Below are positions 59,160-64,000 of a stretch of DNA of 64,000 nt, in pieces. The translations under genes and the position numbers were made by a program. This DNA comes from Puniceicoccaceae bacterium. GTDB lineage: Bacteria; Verrucomicrobiota; Verrucomicrobiia; Opitutales; Oceanipulchritudinaceae. The stretch covers positions 1 to 64,000 of the forward strand of contig JBFOMH010000027.1 in the NCBI GenBank assembly GCA_040830765.1, given 5' to 3'. The first letter of the stretch is position 1; each line of letters begins with the position of its first letter. The notes below the pieces were generated by a model, which saw only the letters and a list, made by a program, of their open reading frames with translations, did no database searches and was not told where the DNA came from.

Positions 59160-59188
59160 GTTTGATTGGACAACTTGGATACGCTACT

Positions 59189-61333
59189 TCAATTGGCAGT
59201 GAACTGGGCGAAAGCCTCCAGCGTTCCAACTCCTGAAGGAATGACACCGGAGACAATGGCGGTTCCCCCGGTCATGGTGGCAGTTCCCGCGGTGGGCAGG
59301 GATACGGAACCCCCGGCGAAGTTAACCGTGACTGTTATGGAGGTGCCATCCGGGACATTGCTCCCTTCAACAACCACATTGACTGTGCCGCCGTTGCTGA
59401 ACACGACATCCGGAGTGGCGGTACTGCCCGAAGGGGGTTGGCTGACGGCTTCCCCGTCGACGGAAGAAATACTCAGGCTGGGCTGGGAGGCCAGGAAGGC
59501 GGCAAAATTTTCCGCGACCGGGGAACTGGAGGACGGCTCGTTGGTGTGGGCATTGTTCTCCAGCGGGCGCTCGTAGGCTTCGAGACGGATTCGTCCAAGG
59601 TGGACGCCGCCGTTGTTGTCGCCACCGCGGACATCGATGAAGCCCGTTCCCAGCAAGCGGTCCGCGACCAGCTTGACCGCGCCACCGGAACCAATACCGG
59701 AATAGTCGTCAATGGTCCCGGAATTGTCATAGATCCGGTTGCCTCCCTTGGCACGGATTTCCCCGTTCAGGATAATGTCCCGCGAGGATGCTATCAGAAT
59801 AGCTCCACCGCCGCCGCCACCGCCGCTGCCATTTTCGGTCTCGATAGAGGGGGTCCCTCCACCTCCGGAACCGCCGATTAGCGGAATGATGAAATTGTTG
59901 CCATAGGTATTGTAGTGGGTCCCCCAACCACCACTGTCGAGGCTGTTATCGAACGGGCTAGTCCCGGCTGTGCCACCTCCCGGTCCTTGTCCCGGGGAGC
60001 CGGCATAGGAGCCAGAGTTGTTGAAGGCAATGCCCCCAAGTCCTCCGTCAAAGCCACCGGGACCCCCTTCGGCCACCTCGAGGTCGAGGGTCGTGGCAAA
60101 GCCGTTTTGTCCGGATACATTGACCACCCCGTCGATGGTCACATTGCCGGTGGCCAGCCAGACGACCGGCGTGTTGGCGGCATTCTTGGTGAAAATAACC
60201 GTCACGTTGGCAGGGACGTCTATTGTCGTGAAATTGTAGATTCCGGTAAGGTTGTCCCGCATATCAATGTAATAGTTCCCTCCGATCACGTGATTCCAGT
60301 TGGTCCCATCAAAAGCATATGTAACACGGGTATAGTTCGAGTCTCTCAGGAAACCTGCGATGTGCAGGATCCGGTTCAATGACCCTCCGTGGTAAACCAT
60401 CGCCGAGTGATAGAAATTCCTTGGTTGGATTTCGAAGGGATAGAGGAGGGGAAAAACTTCACTCCAGCCAACCCCGTCCTCGAATACCCATGTACCCCTG
60501 TAGTTGGCATTGTTGGAGCCACCACGCATGACGACCACTTCGTTAACAGGGTCGTAGGCCATGCTGTGGTCTTGCCGGCCTGGAGGAGCAATCGCTGAAG
60601 AAATGATGGACCATTCCGACCCGTCCCATCCCCAAGTGTCGCTTCGACCGTTATACCCGCCATACATGAATATACGGCTGTTCTTGCCGTTCCAGCACAT
60701 GGCATGCTCGCTCCGTGTAGCCGGGCTTGTGGAAGGGGTTTTCTGGGTCCATAGCGTGCCATTCCAGACCCAGGTATCATTGATGTAACTCCCGTTGTAA
60801 CCTCCAAAAAGGACAACTTCCTGCCGGAGAGGATCGTAGGCCATAGCTGTGCCTTCGCGGGGAGTCGGGCTGAGGACCGGTGACTTGTTGGTCCACGTAC
60901 CATCCTTCCAGACCCAGGTGTCATTCATCCGGCTACTGCCGTTGAAGCCGCCGAATAGGACAACTTCCCCTCGGGCAGCGTCATAGGCCATGGCATGATT
61001 TCTTCGGGCCGGTGGAGAGGCAACGGGTGTACGGGGAGACCATGTGGTCCCGTCGAAGGTCCAGGTGTCAGCCAGATAAGTATTGGTAAATCCTCCAAAG
61101 ACCACTGTCTCGTCGTTAAGTTCGTCGTAAGCTGCAGCGTGGAAGTAGCGGCTCGATAGCGCCACCGGGATGACCAATGCACCGTCTGTGCCATTCGATC
61201 CACTGCTGAATGGCAGGTCATCCTGTGCCTCAAGGGAAAGGCCTCCCATCGCAAGGGCCATTGTCACGATAACGGTGACGGCATCTCTGGTGGAATAGCG
61301 GTGTAGGTTCTTGATGGTGCTTATCGGATTCAT
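59189..61333 (-). CDS. Secreted Kelch-repeat + Gly-rich protein
   Basis: About six 'R..HAMAYD...VVLFGG.....NDTW.W.G..W' repeats; GGPGGFDGG and GGSGGGG Gly-rich region. Confidence 0.8.
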   Translation of the reverse strand: MNPISTIKNLHRYSTRDAVTVIVTMALAMGGLSLEAQDDLPFSSGSNGTDGALVIPVALSSRYFHAAAYDELNDETVVFGGFTNTYLADTWTFDGTTWSPRTPVASPPARRNHAMAYDAARGEVVLFGGFNGSSRMNDTWVWKDGTWTNKSPVLSPTPREGTAMAYDPLRQEVVLFGGYNGSYINDTWVWNGTLWTQKTPSTSPATRSEHAMCWNGKNSRIFMYGGYNGRSDTWGWDGSEWSIISSAIAPPGRQDHSMAYDPVNEVVVMRGGSNNANYRGTWVFEDGVGWSEVFPLLYPFEIQPRNFYHSAMVYHGGSLNRILHIAGFLRDSNYTRVTYAFDGTNWNHVIGGNYYIDMRDNLTGIYNFTTIDVPANVTVIFTKNAANTPVVWLATGNVTIDGVVNVSGQNGFATTLDLEVAEGGPGGFDGGLGGIAFNNSGSYAGSPGQGPGGGTAGTSPFDNSLDSGGWGTHYNTYGNNFIIPLIGGSGGGGTPSIETENGSGGGGGGGAILIASSRDIILNGEIRAKGGNRIYDNSGTIDDYSGIGSGGAVKLVADRLLGTGFIDVRGGDNNGGVHLGRIRLEAYERPLENNAHTNEPSSSSPVAENFAAFLASQPSLSISSVDGEAVSQPPSGSTATPDVVFSNGGTVNVVVEGSNVPDGTSITVTVNFAGGSVSLPTAGTATMTGGTAIVSGVIPSGVGTLEAFAQFTAN

Positions 61334-61391
61334 GGGTCGGTCCTTTTGATGGGTTAAATTGCTTTCAATGATGTGTAGGCAGGTGGATCAA

Positions 61392-64000
61392 TCAGTTGTT
61401 ATCGTAACTTACGCCGGAGCTGGCCACGTCGACACGGGTACCGGGCGGAAATTCGAAATCAGTCATATTGCTGTAGGAACTGGCAGTGGACTTGAGGAAG
61501 ACAGAAATACTGGTGGGCACCTGGAATGGCTGGTCGTTGTAGTAACTGTAGGGACTGGAGCTAATCCGGAAATCGATGTTGCCATAGATTCCGTAGGCAT
61601 TTGCGTTCATGAAGGAAGCAGGGAATGAGCTGATACCGAGCAATGGGCGGCTTGCCGGATCGGAAGGATCGCTGTTTTCCGCGACCTCCCCGGCATCGTC
61701 GTAGCCATCGTTGTCGGTGTCCGGGTCGAAAGGATCGGAGTTGGCCGCGAACTCCTCCTTGTTCAGCAAACCGTCATTGTCGAAGTCCTCATCCCCGTCC
61801 TTGATTGTGTTGTCGTCGGAATCCTCATCCTGGGGGTCGGTGCCGTAAAGGATCTCTGCGGTATTGGTGAGGCCGTCCGCGTCGTTATCCTCCTCGCCAT
61901 CGAGAAGTCCATCCCCATCCGTGTCCGGATTGAAAGGATCCATACCGAGGATGACTTCCACGTTGTCCGGCAGGCCATCGAGATCGCTGTCCTCAAATCC
62001 GGCCTGGGTAAAGCGGGAGACAAACTCCTCGGTAAGGGCATTGCCGGCAAGGTCCTGAATGGTCTCGAGGACCCGGATGGTATGGGTTCCTTCCTCGGCG
62101 GGACTGGCAAAATTAAAGTAGACTGTACGGGTGTCCTCATCCCATTCCAGAGAGCCATCGATTCGTTCGTCATCCCCGTTGCCGGGGACCCCGTCCAATC
62201 CTTCGCTGAAGACGCGGACTCCCGGATTGGCGGGAGTCTCAGGGGGTGCATCCGGTGGCGGCGTCCCGAAAATGGTGGCAGTGTCCAGGACTTCACTGAA
62301 GGTGATGGCGATGGTGGAAAGTTCCCCGACAATGGCATTGTTGCGGGGAATGACATTCATGACGAAAGGTGGTGTCCCGTCCGGTGTCAGGAGGATGATG
62401 ATTTCTTCCGCCCGGGCGATGTTGCCCCCGGTGTCGGTAGCGACTGCTTCAATTGTGAACCGGTCCTTGGTGGCTGTGATGAGCGGGGTAGGGAAGCGGA
62501 ATTCAAAGGGGAAATTCCCATCGATGAAGCGGGACTCGCCATCGATGATAAATTCAACATTTCGGACCTGGATATCATCACCAACCCGTGCCGTAGCGGT
62601 CATGACCTTCCCTTCCTCGAACTGATTCTCGATAGCGTCGGTGACCAGTTCGATGCTGGGTGGGATTCCCCCGGAGTCATAAGGCAGGTAGTTGAGGACG
62701 AGCAGGTTGCCATTTTGCTGGCCGGCCTTCCAGTCCGTCACGTAAGCCAGCCCATTGAAAATAGCAACGGAGCGTGCGATATCCGGTGTTTCAAAGATAA
62801 CCACGAGTTCGGAAAGCTCGCCGTTGTCCCCAATTTCATAGAGGGTGACATTCTGGGGGCCGTCGAGGGCTCCATTCGCACTGACAGCTGCAACCATCAG
62901 GCCTGATCCGTTGGCAGCCCCCCATTTGAACCCAAAGACCCCGAGGTCATTGAAGCTCCGCAATTCCGGCGCCAACGGGTCATCGAGGCTAAGCGTCATG
63001 AAACCCCGCTCATGGTTGAGGACGGCAAAGGTGTCGCCGACGAAAAGCCGCCTCACATGGTTGCAGCAGGGAACCCGGCCCTGGAGGTCCAGGCTGTGAA
63101 CCGTGTTGAATTGATTAAATTTGATATCAACCGTATAAAAGCGGTTTCCGGCCACCGCATAGAGGACGTTCTTGCCCAGTCCGAGGTCGGAAACAGGATC
63201 CCCGGTGGGAAGGATTCGTGCCAGTTCGATCCCGGTATTCAAATCCACCCAGACAATAAATCCATTTGCCAGCCCGGCATAGGCCTGGTCCCCGTTGATG
63301 GCTACTGAGTGGACGGGGCTCCCCAGGTGAAGGGTGCGTTCCACTGTCGCAGAAGGAGGGTCAGTGATATCCACCACGACCAGTCCGCCGTCACTGGCCG
63401 CCACTGCGATCAGCTCCGCGGCACAATCGACATCGCGGATTGTACCGTCGATGGGGACATCGGAGATGCGGATCGGGTTGGCCGCTTCCGTGACGTTGAA
63501 GACCGTAATGCCGTAATTGACCTGTCCGACGATGGCGAGGTTGTTGTTGACGCAGATGGTGGTCGCTCCTTGAACCAGCCCGGCTCCGACGATACCGGTT
63601 TCAACGATAAATCCATCCAGTGGATTGAGTCCCTGGACGACTTCCGGTCCATCGCGAATTCCGTCCCCGTCGGTATCCGGATTAAAAAGATTTGTCCCGA
63701 CAATGAATTCCCGGAGGTCGCTAAGGCCGTCGCCATCGGTATCGAAATCATCGAGGTCATAATACTCGTAGGCCGGGATTTCCGTATCGACTCCATTTGG
63801 GCTGGTAGTGAAATCCTGAGTCGCAACACCGAGGTTCTCAGTGTAAAGCGCGTACAGGGTGTAATTCGTATTGGGAGCGAGGATAAGATTGTTAAAGCCA
63901 CCAAAGTCCATCTGTCCCTGTCTGGCGGTCCTGCCTGTATCTCGCTCGATGATGATGTAGTAGAACAGTCCCTGGTCCGAGACGGCCACCCTCTGGGCTT
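61392..64000 (-). CDS. Large surface protein (5' end outside window): LVIVD-type propeller, Ig-like domains, TSP3-like DxDxDG repeats
   Basis: GLVVVDITDP-type repeats; PPFVMNVIP Big_5; many DTDGDG/DSDLDG repeats; reading frame open to the window edge. Confidence 0.75.
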   Translation of the reverse strand, partial: AQRVAVSDQGLFYYIIIERDTGRTARQGQMDFGGFNNLILAPNTNYTLYALYTENLGVATQDFTTSPNGVDTEIPAYEYYDLDDFDTDGDGLSDLREFIVGTNLFNPDTDGDGIRDGPEVVQGLNPLDGFIVETGIVGAGLVQGATTICVNNNLAIVGQVNYGITVFNVTEAANPIRISDVPIDGTIRDVDCAAELIAVAASDGGLVVVDITDPPSATVERTLHLGSPVHSVAINGDQAYAGLANGFIVWVDLNTGIELARILPTGDPVSDLGLGKNVLYAVAGNRFYTVDIKFNQFNTVHSLDLQGRVPCCNHVRRLFVGDTFAVLNHERGFMTLSLDDPLAPELRSFNDLGVFGFKWGAANGSGLMVAAVSANGALDGPQNVTLYEIGDNGELSELVVIFETPDIARSVAIFNGLAYVTDWKAGQQNGNLLVLNYLPYDSGGIPPSIELVTDAIENQFEEGKVMTATARVGDDIQVRNVEFIIDGESRFIDGNFPFEFRFPTPLITATKDRFTIEAVATDTGGNIARAEEIIILLTPDGTPPFVMNVIPRNNAIVGELSTIAITFSEVLDTATIFGTPPPDAPPETPANPGVRVFSEGLDGVPGNGDDERIDGSLEWDEDTRTVYFNFASPAEEGTHTIRVLETIQDLAGNALTEEFVSRFTQAGFEDSDLDGLPDNVEVILGMDPFNPDTDGDGLLDGEEDNDADGLTNTAEILYGTDPQDEDSDDNTIKDGDEDFDNDGLLNKEEFAANSDPFDPDTDNDGYDDAGEVAENSDPSDPASRPLLGISSFPASFMNANAYGIYGNIDFRISSSPYSYYNDQPFQVPTSISVFLKSTASSYSNMTDFEFPPGTRVDVASSGVSYDNN

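Overview
Bacterial DNA, most likely Verrucomicrobiota (Opitutia/Puniceicoccales-like). This is inferred from the GGAGTGC-type REP element, 'DxDGDxxxNxxEY' C-terminal domains, Trp-rich terminal modules and fkp. The window has three parts. (1) About 0.4-34 kb is a large polysaccharide-degradation locus. It is dominated by six paralogous secreted 650-890 aa proteins that I cannot assign to a named family; they share SENH, E-x2-S-x2-Y and (in five) H-x-H-L-S motifs resembling heparinase II/III-type lyases. They are interleaved with two sulfatases, three esterases, two PL22-like propellers, a beta-helix surface protein, two Gfo/Idh/MocA oxidoreductases, a URO-D-like protein and a cytochrome P450. 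A 13-bp palindromic motif, TCnRACnGTCWGA, recurs in four intergenic regions of this locus. (2) About 34-46 kb holds a nucleoside hydrolase/ribokinase pair, a nitroreductase, a double-DUF1593 protein, two PL1 pectate lyases and a BrnT toxin-antitoxin pair next to the 3' end of tRNA-His. (3) From 46.5 kb on are mostly core-like genes (fkp, fasciclin, HAD, HTH-PAS-PAS-GAF regulator with a stand-alone receiver, kinase-like protein, CNNM, lgt, glutaredoxin), followed by a minus-strand operon of large secreted proteins ending in a vanadium haloperoxidase/PAP2 gene. All calls come from reading motifs by eye; no database searches were run.
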